The notes beneath the pieces are model-generated. The model was given only the letters and a program-made list of their open reading frames with translations. It did not search any database and had not been told where the DNA came from. A stretch of 64,000 bases of DNA, taken from Methylophilus sp. (GTDB lineage: Bacteria > Pseudomonadota > Gammaproteobacteria > Burkholderiales > Methylophilaceae). The stretch spans positions 22,874 through 86,873 of the forward strand of contig JBGANT010000004.1 of the NCBI GenBank assembly GCA_044222155.1, in the 5' to 3' direction. Made by a program: the position numbers and the translations under genes. Positions 10,730 through 22,752 of the stretch are shown in pieces. The first letter of the stretch is position 1. The number at the start of each line of letters is the position of its first letter.

Positions 10730-12201
10730 TTGGCTGCTTGCGCGCGTCCGCTGTAAACCACTGCCTGCTTGAACCAGGCTTTGCGCTCATCGCTCAGTTG
10801 CGCCCAATTAAATTGCCAAGTCCAGTTGTTGGCGATGGTACCGGGTGTATTCATGCGGTGCGTACCATCCAGCGCCAAAATGTCTTGCATGGGGATAATA
10901 GCAAGATTCGCCCGGCTATCCAGCGCCACTTGAACCAGCGCGTCCGGCATCTTCGGCGCGTCGGTCCCGATATATGCATGAAAGTGCTGCCGAACATGGC
11001 CTTCGGCATGCTGGTACCAGCCCAGTGTGGTATCGTTATCATGCGTGCCAGTATATATCACGCTCTCGGGCCCGATGTGGTGCGGTAAATAAGCGTTGTC
11101 GTCCCCACCACCAAATGCGAACTGCAAAATCTTCATGCCGGGCAAGTGATGTTTCTCGCGCAAGGCGTTTACCTCAGGCGTGATGATGCCCAAATCTTCG
11201 GCTATCAGGCGCATCTTGGGAAAGCGCTGACGAATCGCTGCCAGTAAAGCATCCCCAGGGGCGAGCGCCCATTTACCGTTGATGGCGGTTTCTTCACGTG
11301 CAGGGATTTCCCATGCTGCCTGCAAGCCACGGAAATGGTCTATCCGCACCATGTCGAACATCTCGTTCTGCGTAGCCATCCTGTCCAGCCACCATTTGAA
11401 ACCATCTCGTTTCATGGCATGCCAGTTGTAATGGGGATTGCCCCAGCGCTGCCCGGTGGCAGAGAAATAATCAGGCGGCACACCCGCCACCACCGTCATG
11501 TTGCAGTACTTATCCAGCTTAAATAAATGCGGATCTGCCCAGACGTCAGCACTGTCATATGCCACAAAAATCGGCACGTCGCCAAACATCTGCACACCTT
11601 TTGCGTTGGCATAGCGCTTTAACTCCAGCCACTGCTCAAAGAAGACGAACTGAATGAACTTAATCAACCCCAGTTCATTCGCATGCTGCTTCCCTGCTTG
11701 CGTCAACGTCTCACTGTCACGGTTTTTATATTCCTTAGGCCATTGATTCCAGCATTGCTGATCAAACACATTGCGTAGCACCAGGAACATGGCAAAATCG
11801 TCCAGCCAGCCAGCGTGCTTATGGCAAAACCTTTTGAACGCCGCATGTAACGCGGCATCGCCACCCTCATTGAAGGTATTGTAGGCCTTGACGAGTAACT
11901 TTTGCTTATGCGCTGGTGAGAAGTTGGAGAAATAACTGATCAAATCAGTTGGCGTCACCAAGCCTTTTTCTGCAAGCCTCTGGATGCTGATAAAATCCGG
12001 GTTCCCGGCGTGTGCGCTTAGGCATTGGTATGGGGAGCCGCCTTCGTGCGGCATGTTGAGCGGTAGTGTTTGCCATATTAATACCCCAACCTCTTCCAGG
12101 AAATCGACAAACTGATAAGCATTCTGTCCAAGCACGCCAAGCGGCAGAGAACTGATATGCAACAAAACACCTGCTTGGCGTGATTGTGTAGCTTTCTTCA
12201 T
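10726..12201 (-). CDS. malQ: 4-alpha-glucanotransferase (amylomaltase, GH77)
   Basis: Motifs GVPPDYFSATGQRWGNP, RIDHFRG, AEDLG and YTGTHDN. Confidence 0.96.
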   Translation of the reverse strand: MKKATQSRQAGVLLHISSLPLGVLGQNAYQFVDFLEEVGVLIWQTLPLNMPHEGGSPYQCLSAHAGNPDFISIQRLAEKGLVTPTDLISYFSNFSPAHKQKLLVKAYNTFNEGGDAALHAAFKRFCHKHAGWLDDFAMFLVLRNVFDQQCWNQWPKEYKNRDSETLTQAGKQHANELGLIKFIQFVFFEQWLELKRYANAKGVQMFGDVPIFVAYDSADVWADPHLFKLDKYCNMTVVAGVPPDYFSATGQRWGNPHYNWHAMKRDGFKWWLDRMATQNEMFDMVRIDHFRGLQAAWEIPAREETAINGKWALAPGDALLAAIRQRFPKMRLIAEDLGIITPEVNALREKHHLPGMKILQFAFGGGDDNAYLPHHIGPESVIYTGTHDNDTTLGWYQHAEGHVRQHFHAYIGTDAPKMPDALVQVALDSRANLAIIPMQDILALDGTHRMNTPGTIANNWTWQFNWAQLSDERKAWFKQAVVYSGRAQAAK

Positions 12202-12222
12202 AAAACCCGCAATTGATTAAAT

Positions 12223-13965
12223 TTAGTATTCCTGCCCTCTACGCATCGTACCGCTGTTTTCATCGTTGGCTGCGCGACTACCTAGGCTGACAGGTGTACT
12301 TAATGCTTTAGGGACAGGTAACCTGAGCAATTGATAAAGGTTGGTCAGGTTGCGTCTGTATAGCTGATCAAAACTGCTAACACTCATCGCGTTGTTATAA
12401 TCCCCGAACCACCAGAACCAATCAGAGCCTTCACACACGGACAATTGCAATTCACATTGCTTCTTTTCCTCTGCGCTTAAGGTGCCGGCTTTCATTACCC
12501 TGTCGTATGCTGCCTTCGCGTCACAAAGCAGATCCCACCCCAGATTCTTATCCGCACTGCCTATCCAAGTACTGAAACTGCCATAGACCCAGCTTCCAGC
12601 CGATACTTCTGGCAGAATCTCAGCCGCAATTTTATACGAGCTCTTATCTGGCGATTTGACCGCTTTTACCACTTCGGATGGCGTTACCATTTCAATAAAA
12701 GGGTGATTAGCTAATGCCTGATACAGTTCGGTCAGGAAATAATAGCCGTTATATGGGTAATACTCCCACGCATTCTCCCCATCGAGAATCACACTCACCA
12801 CAGGGTTCTCTTCGCGCTGGTAGGTGTGGTAAATATGTTCCAGATTCTGCACAAAATCATTCACAGCATCAGTGCTGTGCATTTTGGAATACTCGAACCC
12901 TATTTTGTCCGACAATCTGTCATCGCGAAAAAAACAAAAAATCTGATTTTCCCCATCAGTAACTACATGTGGTTTGTACAGATAGTCATGGCGAGAAACT
13001 AACGCACGCCCCGGATTGGATTTACGCAGGCTATTTGCCAGCACCCCTTCACCGGAAGCAGCCCACTGCACGCCTTCTTCCGCCATTAACAATAGGCTTT
13101 CCTTTGACACCGCCCCTTCTGATGGCCACATCCCTACCGGCGCCGCGCCAAAACGCTCCTTGTGGGAAAGCGTCGCATCATTCAAATGGTCGCGCGCGCG
13201 CACTTTCCCACCAGGATACTGGGTCGCTTTGGGTAGCTTTGCATTTGGCATTGCATCGCGCGCTGTATGAAAATCTATCAGCAATGGCAATATCGGGTGG
13301 TAATGCGGGGTAGCCGTGATTTCTATCTGGCCTTTGTGTTGCAAAGCTTTATAACGTGGGATTAGGTCAGCCATGGTTTCACCAACCAGATTGAATAAAT
13401 CTCGGCGGTTCTGGAATGTAAAATGACTGCCTTTACCCATGAGGAATTGCACCAGCCTGTTATTGCGCTTGATGCTTTCCCCCATCCAGGCCAGATGGTA
13501 CCAAACAAGCAAATCTGCCTTGTATTGAGCAGAAAAATATTCCAGATTCTGATTGCTGCTGGCCTGGCTTGCGGTCAGGTAAAGATTGTATAGCCGCTGA
13601 TACTCGGCAAAGGGGGCCAGCATTTTCTCGTGATGGCTCTTGAAGCAGCTCTCGATAATATGCTGGCATTGCTCCTTAGTTGCGAACTCAAGATGCTCCT
13701 CTCCCAGCATAGCTAACACAGGATCCCTGATTTCTCCGGAAGCAAATTGCGCCACATAATCTTCAAGTTGATCCAGCAGCACCGGCACATAATTGAAACT
13801 AACGCGTGCTTTAGGATTGGCTTCAAGATGATAGGCCATGTCACTGTAATCTTTAATAGCGTGCAGATATGTCCACGGCAACACATACTCACCGGTCATG
13901 GAATCACGATAATCCGGCTGATGCATATGCCAATAGAGTGCAATCAATAGCTTAGGTGGTTGCAT
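12223..13965 (-). CDS. Glycoside hydrolase family 57 (amylopullulanase/alpha-amylase-like)
   Basis: Motifs WHMHQP, YHPILPL, WPSEG, LDGENAWE and EGSDWFWW. Confidence 0.92.
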   Translation of the reverse strand: MQPPKLLIALYWHMHQPDYRDSMTGEYVLPWTYLHAIKDYSDMAYHLEANPKARVSFNYVPVLLDQLEDYVAQFASGEIRDPVLAMLGEEHLEFATKEQCQHIIESCFKSHHEKMLAPFAEYQRLYNLYLTASQASSNQNLEYFSAQYKADLLVWYHLAWMGESIKRNNRLVQFLMGKGSHFTFQNRRDLFNLVGETMADLIPRYKALQHKGQIEITATPHYHPILPLLIDFHTARDAMPNAKLPKATQYPGGKVRARDHLNDATLSHKERFGAAPVGMWPSEGAVSKESLLLMAEEGVQWAASGEGVLANSLRKSNPGRALVSRHDYLYKPHVVTDGENQIFCFFRDDRLSDKIGFEYSKMHSTDAVNDFVQNLEHIYHTYQREENPVVSVILDGENAWEYYPYNGYYFLTELYQALANHPFIEMVTPSEVVKAVKSPDKSSYKIAAEILPEVSAGSWVYGSFSTWIGSADKNLGWDLLCDAKAAYDRVMKAGTLSAEEKKQCELQLSVCEGSDWFWWFGDYNNAMSVSSFDQLYRRNLTNLYQLLRLPVPKALSTPVSLGSRAANDENSGTMRRGQEY

Positions 13966-14020
13966 TTGATGCCCACTCGCTCCCTGTTTTATTTATACTT
14001 TTATTGTTTGATGCTTAGGT

Positions 14021-15289
14021 TTAAAGGTCTTCCAGCATTTCTGCCGTGACAAGCACTGTACCTTTTTCCGACACGTAAAAACGTTTTTTATCTACCTTCG
14101 CATCATAGCCGATCTGCATTCCTTCCGGAATTTTCACGCCTTTATCCACTACTACGTTCCTGAGTTTACAATGACGGCTAACCACTACATTCGGCAATAA
14201 TACCGCGCCGTCCACCTCAGAGTAGCTATGCACACGCACATTGGAAAAGAGTACAGAGCTGGTAACGCACGCACCACTGATGATACAACCGCCAGACACG
14301 ATGGAGTCCGTTGCTTTACCGGTTCTGCCTTCATCCTGAAACACAAATTTGGCAGGTGGCAGCTGCTCCTGATATGTCCAGATAGGCCACTGATTATCGT
14401 ACATATTTAGTTCTGGTGTCACACGGGTCAACTCCATATTGGCCTCCCAATAGGCATCTATGGTCCCGACATCACGCCAATAATAAAACCCGTTCTTCGC
14501 CCCGACACAACTATCCGCAAAACGATGCGCATATACTTTGGCGCGTGAAATCAGATACGGAATGATGTCACCCCCAAAATCGTTGGATGAATTCGGATCG
14601 GCGGCATCTCGTGTTAATTGTTCATACAAGAACTCAGCGTTAAATACATAAATCCCCATACTCGCCAACGCCTGAGTGGTATCGCCTGGCATGTGCTTGG
14701 GATTGGCCGGTTTTTCTGCAAACTCAACAATGCGATCGTCGTCGTCCACAGCCATTACACCAAAACCTTTAGCTTCTTCCAACGGAACATTCAGACAGCC
14801 CACCGTCATATCTGCATTTTTTCTCACATGAGTCGCCAGCATTTGGCCATAATCCATCTTGTAAATATGGTCGCCAGCCAGAATCACCACGTATTCAGCA
14901 TTAGTCTCTTTCAAGATGTTCAGATTTTGAAACACCGCATCCGCTGTACCCTTATACCACTCTTCATTATCGTTTTGCTGTGAGGCCGGCAACAACTCGA
15001 CGTATTCGTTGAACTCACCTTTCAGAAAGCTCCAACCGCGCTGGATATGCCGAATTAGACTATGCGATTTGTATTGCGTCACAACGCCAACTCGGCGAAT
15101 ACCCGAGTTAATACAATTCGACAAAGGGAAATCAATGATACGAAACTTACCTCCAAACGGCACAGCTGGCTTAGCACGCTTGTCTGTCAAGTTTTTCAGC
15201 CTGCTACCTCGCCCGCCCGCCAAAATCAAGGCGATAGTATTTTTGGTGATTGCACTTACAAACCTGGGTGAATTGACATCTAGCGGCAC
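14021..15289 (-). CDS. glgC: Glucose-1-phosphate adenylyltransferase
   Basis: Motifs [17 protein letters not shown] and YWRDVGT. GTG start at 15289 preceded by a GAGGAGG Shine-Dalgarno. Confidence 0.96.
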   Translation of the reverse strand: MPLDVNSPRFVSAITKNTIALILAGGRGSRLKNLTDKRAKPAVPFGGKFRIIDFPLSNCINSGIRRVGVVTQYKSHSLIRHIQRGWSFLKGEFNEYVELLPASQQNDNEEWYKGTADAVFQNLNILKETNAEYVVILAGDHIYKMDYGQMLATHVRKNADMTVGCLNVPLEEAKGFGVMAVDDDDRIVEFAEKPANPKHMPGDTTQALASMGIYVFNAEFLYEQLTRDAADPNSSNDFGGDIIPYLISRAKVYAHRFADSCVGAKNGFYYWRDVGTIDAYWEANMELTRVTPELNMYDNQWPIWTYQEQLPPAKFVFQDEGRTGKATDSIVSGGCIISGACVTSSVLFSNVRVHSYSEVDGAVLLPNVVVSRHCKLRNVVVDKGVKIPEGMQIGYDAKVDKKRFYVSEKGTVLVTAEMLEDL

Positions 15290-15375
15290 GATAAGCCCTC
15301 CTCGAAAATAATAAGCATTTATAATCACACCATCGCCTGACACATACGGGCAAATTATGTGTCCAGACGAGTACC

Positions 15376-15401
15376 ATTATAGGCGCGATACGAGGTATAA
15401 T
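15376..15401. promoter_or_regulatory. Back-to-back TATAAT (-10) boxes of the divergent glgC/glgB promoters
   Basis: ATTATA at 15376-15381 is TATAAT on the - strand, and TATAAT at 15396-15401 is on the + strand. No clear -35 elements. Confidence 0.45.
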
Positions 15402-15420
15402 CCAGTACGTCAAACACTTT

Positions 15421-17604
15421 TTGAATGCAATTATCTTGAAAACCTCACTCCCTCCTGCACTTCAGTTGACCCTCAATGCACGCCACCATGATCCGTTTGC
15501 GTTTTTGGGTTTACATCAGGAAGGTAAAAATTATGTTTTCCGCACGTTCCAGCCGTTCGCAACTCAGATTAGCCTGAAGACAAAATCCGGCTGGACTGTA
15601 CTCGAACGCACGCACCATCATGGCTTATACGAATGGCGCGGCACCGAAGCACTTATCTGCCCGTGCCAATTATTGATCCAATACGACCAGCACACTGTCG
15701 AAACATACGAGACTTACAGCTTTCAACCATTGCTGTCCGATGTAGACCTGCATCTATTTGGCGAGGGGCAACTCAACGAAGCCTATAACAGCTTTGGCGG
15801 ACGCCTGATGGAACATCAGGGCGTCAAAGGTACGCGTTTCTGCGTATGGGCGCCCAATGCGGAACGCGTCAGCGTCATCGGCAACTTCAACCGGTGGGAC
15901 GGTCGTGTTAACCAGATGCGGATTCGAGGATCATCCGGCGTATGGGAACTCTTCATCCCCAACCTAGGTGAAGGTGAGCTCTATAAGTTCGAAATCCGCA
16001 ATCGCCATACGGGTGCCATCATGGTTAAAACCGACCCTTATGCGCAAGCCTATGAAACTAGGCCCGGTAATGCGGCAAAAATCATCCCCGCAAGCCTGTA
16101 CCAGTGGCAAGACACATCGTGGCTAGAGCAACGTGCGCGCTATGACTGGATACACGCCCCGTTTAATTGCTATGAGATACATCCCGGCTCATGGAAGCGC
16201 AACGCCAATGGAGAATTCCTCAGCTATCGTGAACTCGCGGAGCAACTGGTCCCATACTTGAGTGAAATGGGATACACCCATGTCGAACTGCTGCCGATTA
16301 CCGAGCACCCGCTGAACGAATCCTGGGGCTATCAAACTACGGGTTATTTTGCAGCCACCAACCGTTTCGGCACTCCGGATGACTTGCGCTATTTTATCGA
16401 CACCTGTCATCAGGCTGACATCGGTGTGATCCTGGACTGGGTGCCCGGACATTTTCCCAAAGACGATTGGGCATTGGCCCGCTTTGATGGCACCGCCTTG
16501 TACGAACACGAAGACCCTCGCTTGGGCGAGCACCAGGATTGGGGCACCTATATCTTCAATTATGGCCGTAACGAAGTCCGCAACTTTTTGGTATCTAGCG
16601 CCTATTACTGGCTAAGAGAGTTTCATATTGACGGTTTACGTGTGGATGCAGTAGCTTCCATGCTGTATCTGGATTACTCCCGTAAAGAAGGTGAATGGAT
16701 CCCCAATAAGTACGGTGGTCGCGAGAATCTGGAAGTCATCGATTTCATCAAGCATCTCAACACTCTGGTGCATCAGGATTTCCCGGGGGCACTCACCATT
16801 GCTGAGGAATCCACCGCATGGCCGGCTGTATCACGTCCGATATACCTTGGTGGATTGGGTTTCAGCATGAAGTGGAACATGGGCTGGATGAATGACACTT
16901 TAAGCTACATGCAAAATGACCCTGTACACCGCCGCTACCACCACGACAAGCTGACTTTCGGGCAGCTGTATGCCTACAGCGAGAACTTTGTACTACCGTT
17001 CTCGCATGACGAGGTGGTGCATGGCAAAAAATCCTTGCTGGACAAAATGCCAGGGGATGCTTGGCAAAAATTCGCCAATCTACGCCTATTATTAACCTTG
17101 CAGATGACTCATCCGGGCAAAAAACTCAATTTTATGGGTAACGAATTTGCCCAAGGCCGAGAATGGAACGTCAACCAAAGTCTCGATTGGCATCTGCTGG
17201 AAAACGAATGGCACCAAGGCGTCCACCGCGCCATGCAGGAACTAAACAAACTCTATAAATCGTCTCCTGCCCTATATGACCTGGATTTCGACCATTCCGG
17301 TTTCCAGTGGATTGACTGCCATGATAGCGAACAATCCATTGTCAGCTATATTCGCCGGGCACGAGACGGGAAGTTTCTTGTGATAGTACTTAACTTTACG
17401 CCTGTGCTGCGTACTGGCTATCGCGTAGGCGTACCGCAAAGCGGCTTTTACCACGAAATCTTCAACAGTGACGCCGCTTGCTACGGAGGAAGTAATCAAG
17501 GTAATGGTCAAGGTCTGTACTCGGGCAATGTGGCATGGATGAGTCAACCGGACTCCGTGCTACTGAACATTCCGCCACTTGCAGGAGTTATTCTTAGTAT
17601 TTAA
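15421..17604 (+). CDS. glgB: 1,4-alpha-glucan branching enzyme
   Basis: Motifs [24 protein letters not shown] and SHDEVVHGK. The start (TTG at 15421 or 15436) is uncertain. Confidence 0.97.
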   Translation: MNAIILKTSLPPALQLTLNARHHDPFAFLGLHQEGKNYVFRTFQPFATQISLKTKSGWTVLERTHHHGLYEWRGTEALICPCQLLIQYDQHTVETYETYSFQPLLSDVDLHLFGEGQLNEAYNSFGGRLMEHQGVKGTRFCVWAPNAERVSVIGNFNRWDGRVNQMRIRGSSGVWELFIPNLGEGELYKFEIRNRHTGAIMVKTDPYAQAYETRPGNAAKIIPASLYQWQDTSWLEQRARYDWIHAPFNCYEIHPGSWKRNANGEFLSYRELAEQLVPYLSEMGYTHVELLPITEHPLNESWGYQTTGYFAATNRFGTPDDLRYFIDTCHQADIGVILDWVPGHFPKDDWALARFDGTALYEHEDPRLGEHQDWGTYIFNYGRNEVRNFLVSSAYYWLREFHIDGLRVDAVASMLYLDYSRKEGEWIPNKYGGRENLEVIDFIKHLNTLVHQDFPGALTIAEESTAWPAVSRPIYLGGLGFSMKWNMGWMNDTLSYMQNDPVHRRYHHDKLTFGQLYAYSENFVLPFSHDEVVHGKKSLLDKMPGDAWQKFANLRLLLTLQMTHPGKKLNFMGNEFAQGREWNVNQSLDWHLLENEWHQGVHRAMQELNKLYKSSPALYDLDFDHSGFQWIDCHDSEQSIVSYIRRARDGKFLVIVLNFTPVLRTGYRVGVPQSGFYHEIFNSDAACYGGSNQGNGQGLYSGNVAWMSQPDSVLLNIPPLAGVILSI

Positions 17605-17643
17605 CATTAAAATTCAACCATAATTGATTGTTTTATAAATAAA

Positions 17644-19296
17644 ATGGCACACCTAACTCAATACCCTGTATGGGAAAAACTGTGTAAACATGAACAAAAT
17701 ATCGCTAATTTGCATATGCGTGATATGTTTGCAAAAGACCCTAAGCGCTTCGAAAAATTCAGCCTGAAGTTTTCCGACATCCTCTTGGATTACTCCAAAC
17801 ATCGCATCACGGATGAAACTATGCCGCTACTCTTCCAGATGGCGCGTGAAGCAAAAATTGAGGAATGGCGTGACCGCATGTTTGCCGGTGAAAAGATCAA
17901 CATTACCGAAGACCGAGCAGTACTGCACACAGCACTGCGCAACCGCGCCAACACCCCTGTATTTGTGGACGGCAAGGATGTTATGCCGGAAATTAATGCA
18001 GTATTGGTACAAATGCGCGCTTTCAGCGACAAAGTAAGAGATGGTAGCTGGGTCGGCTATACGGGCAAGCGTATTACGGACATAGTCAACATCGGTATCG
18101 GCGGCTCTGATCTGGGCCCGGTGATGGTGTGCGACGCGCTGACACCCTATGCTCGCCCTGATATCCGCATGCATTTTGTTTCCAATATCGACGGTGCGCA
18201 TCTGATGCGCGCGCTAAACAAATGCAATCCTGAAACCACCTTGTTTATCGTCGCCTCTAAAACCTTTACCACGCAGGAAACCATGACCAATGCGCGTTCC
18301 GCGCGTGACTGGTTTCTGCAAACCGCTAAAGACCAAGCGCATGTTGCCAAACACTTTGTAGCGCTTTCAACCAATACAAAAGCCGTATCTGACTTCGGCA
18401 TTGATACGGCGAATATGTTTGCATTCTGGGACTGGGTTGGCGGGCGCTATTCTTTATGGTCCGCTATCGGCCTGAGCATTGCTATCAGCGTCGGTATGGA
18501 CAATTTCGAGGCATTGCTCACCGGTGGTCACGAGATGGACGTCCATTTCAGAACTGCGCCGCTAGAACGCAACATGCCTGTCATCATGGCCATGATCGGC
18601 ATCTGGTATAACAACTTCTTCCATGTGGATACCCACGCCATCCTGCCCTACGACCAAGGAATGGCACGCTTCCCAGCCTATCTGCAGCAAGCGGACATGG
18701 AAAGCAACGGCAAGTTCATTTGCCGCGACGGTAACCGGGTCAAATACAAAACCGGGCCAGTCGTGTGGGGTGAAGCCGGCACGAATGGCCAACATGCTTT
18801 CTATCAGCTCATCCATCAGGGGACACAAATAGTACCGGCTGATTTCCTGATGCCCGTGCACTCCCATTACCAAATCGGAAGCCATGGTGACGAACACCAC
18901 CATATCCTGTTTGCAAATTTCCTGGCGCAGACACAAGCCATGTTACTAGGGAAAACCCGAGAAGAAGCACGCGCCGAACTGGAAAAACAAGGCATGTCAG
19001 GCGAGGCGCTTGAACAGTTGCTCCCGCACAAAGTATTTGAAGGCAACCGCCCGACCTCTTCTATCCTATTCGACAAGCTGACCCCAAACACGCTAGGCAA
19101 GCTGATTGCCTTGTACGAACATAAAATCTTTGTTCAGGGCATTATCTGGAATATCAACAGCTTTGACCAGTGGGGCGTGGAGTATGGCAAGCAAATTGCG
19201 CAACAAATCCTGCCTCAATTACAAAAAGGTGACATGGTCAAAGGGTTTGACAGCTCGACCAACGGCTTGATTAACCATGCCAAGAAGCTACGGTAA
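17644..19296 (+). CDS. pgi: Glucose-6-phosphate isomerase
   Basis: Motifs [27 protein letters not shown] and DQWGVE. Confidence 0.98.
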   Translation: MAHLTQYPVWEKLCKHEQNIANLHMRDMFAKDPKRFEKFSLKFSDILLDYSKHRITDETMPLLFQMAREAKIEEWRDRMFAGEKINITEDRAVLHTALRNRANTPVFVDGKDVMPEINAVLVQMRAFSDKVRDGSWVGYTGKRITDIVNIGIGGSDLGPVMVCDALTPYARPDIRMHFVSNIDGAHLMRALNKCNPETTLFIVASKTFTTQETMTNARSARDWFLQTAKDQAHVAKHFVALSTNTKAVSDFGIDTANMFAFWDWVGGRYSLWSAIGLSIAISVGMDNFEALLTGGHEMDVHFRTAPLERNMPVIMAMIGIWYNNFFHVDTHAILPYDQGMARFPAYLQQADMESNGKFICRDGNRVKYKTGPVVWGEAGTNGQHAFYQLIHQGTQIVPADFLMPVHSHYQIGSHGDEHHHILFANFLAQTQAMLLGKTREEARAELEKQGMSGEALEQLLPHKVFEGNRPTSSILFDKLTPNTLGKLIALYEHKIFVQGIIWNINSFDQWGVEYGKQIAQQILPQLQKGDMVKGFDSSTNGLINHAKKLR

Positions 19297-19314
19297 CTTC
19301 TAAATCACTTACTC

Positions 19315-19347
19315 AAAAAGGCCTAGCGTAACTGCAGGCCTTTTTTT
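19315..19347. terminator. Probable bidirectional terminator between convergent pgi and sppA
   Basis: AAAAAGGCCT-N11-AGGCCTTTTT(TT), overlapping the sppA stop. Confidence 0.55.
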
Positions 19348-20285
19348 ATGGACTCAAACCCAAGCGACTGCGCCATACCAGCACCCAGACGTTTGGCAAA
19401 ACGGTCTGTGAAAGACTCCTGATAAGTGAAATCAACAACATTTTCCTCTTTAATCACCTCACGAGCCACGTAATCCGCGCTACCAAGCGCATCTGCCAGA
19501 CCCAGCTTAATACCCTCCTCGCCGCTCCAGAACAGGCCGCTGAACACTTCCGGCGCCTCCTTCAGGCGGTTGCCACGGCCTTTGCGCACTGTACTCTTAA
19601 ACTGCTCATGCACTTCATTCAACATGGCTTGTGCATAAGCCTCATGCTTAGGATTCACCGGCGAAAACGGATCCAGCATAGCCTTATTCTCCCCAGCCGT
19701 CATCAGGCGCCGCTCCACACCTAGCTTTTTCATCGCTTCGGTAAAGCCGTAACCATCCATCAGCACACCGATGGAGCCAATAATACTCGCCTTATCCACA
19801 TAAATCTTATCTGCCGCCACGGCAATGTAATAACCGCCAGAAGCGCAAATATCCTCGACCACCGCATATACCGGGATTTTCGGGTGCAACTTTCTTAGGC
19901 GACCGATTTCATCGTTGATAATGCCAGCCTGTACCGGGCTGCCGCCAGGGCTGTTGATACGCAAGATAATGCCTTGCGTACCTTTATCTTCGTATGCGTC
20001 CCGCAAGCTACCCATCACAGAATCCGCATTGACTTCACCGCCCGGCTCGATTACGCCGGCAATATCGATCAGTGCCGTGTGCTTTCCTGCCCTCCCTTTT
20101 CCATCACCCATCCAACCGAGCATATAAAACAGCAACATGAACAAATACAAGAACATCAGCACCTTGAAAAAGATATTCCAGCGGCGCGCAGTTTTCTGTT
20201 CTTTCAAGCCGGCGCTGGCGAGCCGTTCCAGTGCATCTTGCGCCCAGTTGCTATTCTGGCTTGGTGTTTTATTTTCTTCTGCCAT
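19323..20285 (-). CDS. sppA: S49 family signal peptide peptidase
   Basis: Motifs RINSPGGS, CASGGYY and GSIGV, with an N-terminal TM helix. Confidence 0.9.
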   Translation of the reverse strand: MAEENKTPSQNSNWAQDALERLASAGLKEQKTARRWNIFFKVLMFLYLFMLLFYMLGWMGDGKGRAGKHTALIDIAGVIEPGGEVNADSVMGSLRDAYEDKGTQGIILRINSPGGSPVQAGIINDEIGRLRKLHPKIPVYAVVEDICASGGYYIAVAADKIYVDKASIIGSIGVLMDGYGFTEAMKKLGVERRLMTAGENKAMLDPFSPVNPKHEAYAQAMLNEVHEQFKSTVRKGRGNRLKEAPEVFSGLFWSGEEGIKLGLADALGSADYVAREVIKEENVVDFTYQESFTDRFAKRLGAGMAQSLGFESIKKGLQLR

Positions 20286-20640
20286 GACCGTGTAGACCTT
20301 CCAAATGTATCGTAATTTGTTGATTCATCTCCGTCACCGGGATCGCTTGCAAGCGCTTGCCTTGGCATGGCCCATAAACGCAATGCCCTGTATCTGGCTC
20401 ATATTGCGCGCCATGTGTCGCGCAAATCAGGTAATCCTTGCTCACCGTAAAAAACTCGCCCTCTTTCCAATCCAGCTCCGTCGGCAAGTGCGCGCACTGG
20501 TTCACATAAGCGTAGGCCTTGCCTTCATAACGGATAACAAAGCCGGTGGCATATTCACCAAGCTGCGGCAGTTCGAAGCGCAAGCCTAGACCCTTTTCCT
20601 CCAGCGCGTGACTGTCAAACTGTAGCTGATGCGTGCTCAT
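20269..20640 (-). CDS. Rieske 2Fe-2S protein
   Basis: CAH...CATHG Rieske ligands. Confidence 0.9.
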   Translation of the reverse strand: MSTHQLQFDSHALEEKGLGLRFELPQLGEYATGFVIRYEGKAYAYVNQCAHLPTELDWKEGEFFTVSKDYLICATHGAQYEPDTGHCVYGPCQGKRLQAIPVTEMNQQITIHLEGLHGHGRRK

Positions 20641-21283
20641 GTTCCAGTAACCATTGTTTCAATTCACCAAACTGGTTAAATATCCGTAAAGGATTATAAC
20701 TCAGTAATTTATCATGCGCGTGCGCACCATAAGCCACTGCCACCGCAGGCACACCTGCATTTTGCGCCATCTGCAGATCAAAACCGGTATCGCCTATCAT
20801 CAAGGTGCGCTCTGGCGCCACCATAAACATCTCCATCAACTCTTCCAGCATCTGCGGATGCGGCTTGGAGAAGCACTCATCCACCGTACGCGTACCATGA
20901 AAATAGTTGGTCAGGCCGTTGCGATCCAGCGCCAAATTCAAGCCGCGACGGCCTTTGCCGGTGGCCACGGCAACCTTGATGCCGCGGCGATGCAGCTCGA
21001 CAATGGTTTCTTTTGCACCTTCGAACAAAGGAATCGCGTGCTCTTCCGCATAATAATTGGCGTTGTAGTGTTTGGCCAATGCCTGTGCCTGCTCCGGCGG
21101 CAAATCGCCAAACAACGTGTAAATGGATTCACGCAAGCCCAGCCCGATGATGCTGGTCGCTCTCTCTGGCGCGACGGATAATCCTACCTGCTCAGCCGCT
21201 TTGACAACCGCACGGGTAATCATCCCCGTAGAATCAGCCAATGTGCCGTCCCAATCCCAAACAACCAAATCAAAATCCCTCAT
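20615..21283 (-). CDS. HAD family phosphatase (Gph-like)
   Basis: Motifs DWDGTLADS, ATGK, SKPHP and IGDT. Confidence 0.9.
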   Translation of the reverse strand: MRDFDLVVWDWDGTLADSTGMITRAVVKAAEQVGLSVAPERATSIIGLGLRESIYTLFGDLPPEQAQALAKHYNANYYAEEHAIPLFEGAKETIVELHRRGIKVAVATGKGRRGLNLALDRNGLTNYFHGTRTVDECFSKPHPQMLEELMEMFMVAPERTLMIGDTGFDLQMAQNAGVPAVAVAYGAHAHDKLLSYNPLRIFNQFGELKQWLLEHEHASATV

Positions 21284-22275
21284 GCTTTTTTCGATGGCTC
21301 CAATGTGTTTAAAAAATTGATCAATTCTTGTGGCAACGCGGCCTCCAGATGCAGCTTCTCACCTGTGACAGGATGCCGTAGGTTTGTTTCAGCAGAATGT
21401 AAAAACATGCGCTTCATTCCGCGTTTCTGCAGTTGCTTGTTCAATGCGAAGTCGCCATATTTGTCATCACCGACGATCGGGAAGCCCAGATGCGCCAGCT
21501 GCACGCGCAACTGGTGCGTGCGACCTGTCACCAAGCGCGCTTCCAGCAGGCTAAAACCTTGAAAACTTTGCTTAAGGTAAAACATGGTTTCCGACACCTG
21601 CGCATCGGCATGTACGGCTTGAGGTGTGTCCTTGCCTACCACATTCACACGGCGCTCCCCGCTGGACAGTACATACTTCTGCAAATTCAGCACCACGCGC
21701 TTTTTGGCCTCCTGCCATTCGCCCGCCACCAAAACCAGATAACGTTTGTCCGTCTGGTTGTTACGTATCGCCTCATGCAGACTAACCAGCGCCTGCCTTT
21801 TCTTGGCCAGCAGTAACACCCCCGAGGTCTCCCTGTCCAAGCGATGTACCAGCTCCAGAAACTTAGCCTTCGGCCGCTCCAGCCGCAACTGCTCGATCAC
21901 GCCGCGACTGATACCGCTGCCACCATGTACCGCCAGCCCAGCCGGTTTATTGAGCACCAACAAAGCATCGTCCTCGAAGATGGTATATGGCTCCAGCTTC
22001 TTTCCTGCTGGCGCAGCCGCCACAGCGGCCTTTTCGGCCACTTTGACCGGTGGAACACGCACCACATCGCCTGCTGCCAGCTTGTAGCTGGCATCAATAC
22101 GCCCTTTGTTCACTCGCACCTCGCCACTACGCAAAATGCGGTAAATATGGCTTTTTGGCACGCCTTTCAGGATTTTTAGCAGAAAATTGTCGATGCGTTG
22201 CCCGGCATTGTTCTCATCGATTTCCTGAAAACTGACGACCGGGCTAACTGACGGCGCTTGAGATATAGGTGACAT
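21280..22275 (-). CDS. rluC: 23S rRNA pseudouridine synthase
   Basis: S4 domain, HRLDRETSG and TGRTHQLR; divergent from rne. Confidence 0.93.
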   Translation of the reverse strand: MSPISQAPSVSPVVSFQEIDENNAGQRIDNFLLKILKGVPKSHIYRILRSGEVRVNKGRIDASYKLAAGDVVRVPPVKVAEKAAVAAAPAGKKLEPYTIFEDDALLVLNKPAGLAVHGGSGISRGVIEQLRLERPKAKFLELVHRLDRETSGVLLLAKKRQALVSLHEAIRNNQTDKRYLVLVAGEWQEAKKRVVLNLQKYVLSSGERRVNVVGKDTPQAVHADAQVSETMFYLKQSFQGFSLLEARLVTGRTHQLRVQLAHLGFPIVGDDKYGDFALNKQLQKRGMKRMFLHSAETNLRHPVTGEKLHLEAALPQELINFLNTLEPSKKA

Positions 22276-22752
22276 GCGTTCGCTTAAAAATTTATAGAGT
22301 TTTTTTGCTTAAATTCGTGATAACGCCTATACTGTGCAAGTCGTTGGTTTTTTTGGTTAAAGGCCGTGCCAACACACCCGAAAAGTGACAAAAAATACGT
22401 GGCTAACATTGCTCGCCATTACAAAGTAGCGATATTTAAAAAATAATGCGCTCTAGTTGCGGCAGATAAACAAGTTCTAGCACGACTAAAGTTGACTGAA
22501 GACTGAATTTTAACGAAATTTGTGCCCAAATTAACAAACTGGCATAAATTTTTTGGAGAGAAGTACATTTCCATCTGCGTATCAAGCTCTGGCTTGCACG
22601 CGGTCTTGTAGCTTCTATAACTGTTTCTGGCGCCTTGCGCCGATGTTTTGCAGACTTGCCTGCCTCCCTTATACATCGCCTGGCCAGCCAGGCGACACCT
22701 TCGGTGCTTTATCTCGTATAGCACATCTGCCCGTCTTGACGCGGGAGAAAAA

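Noticed and set aside
19315-19345. N11-spaced inverted repeat between pgi and sppA as another copy of the element
   Set aside because: It lacks the CTG...CAG core, and its A/T tails fit an ordinary bidirectional terminator.
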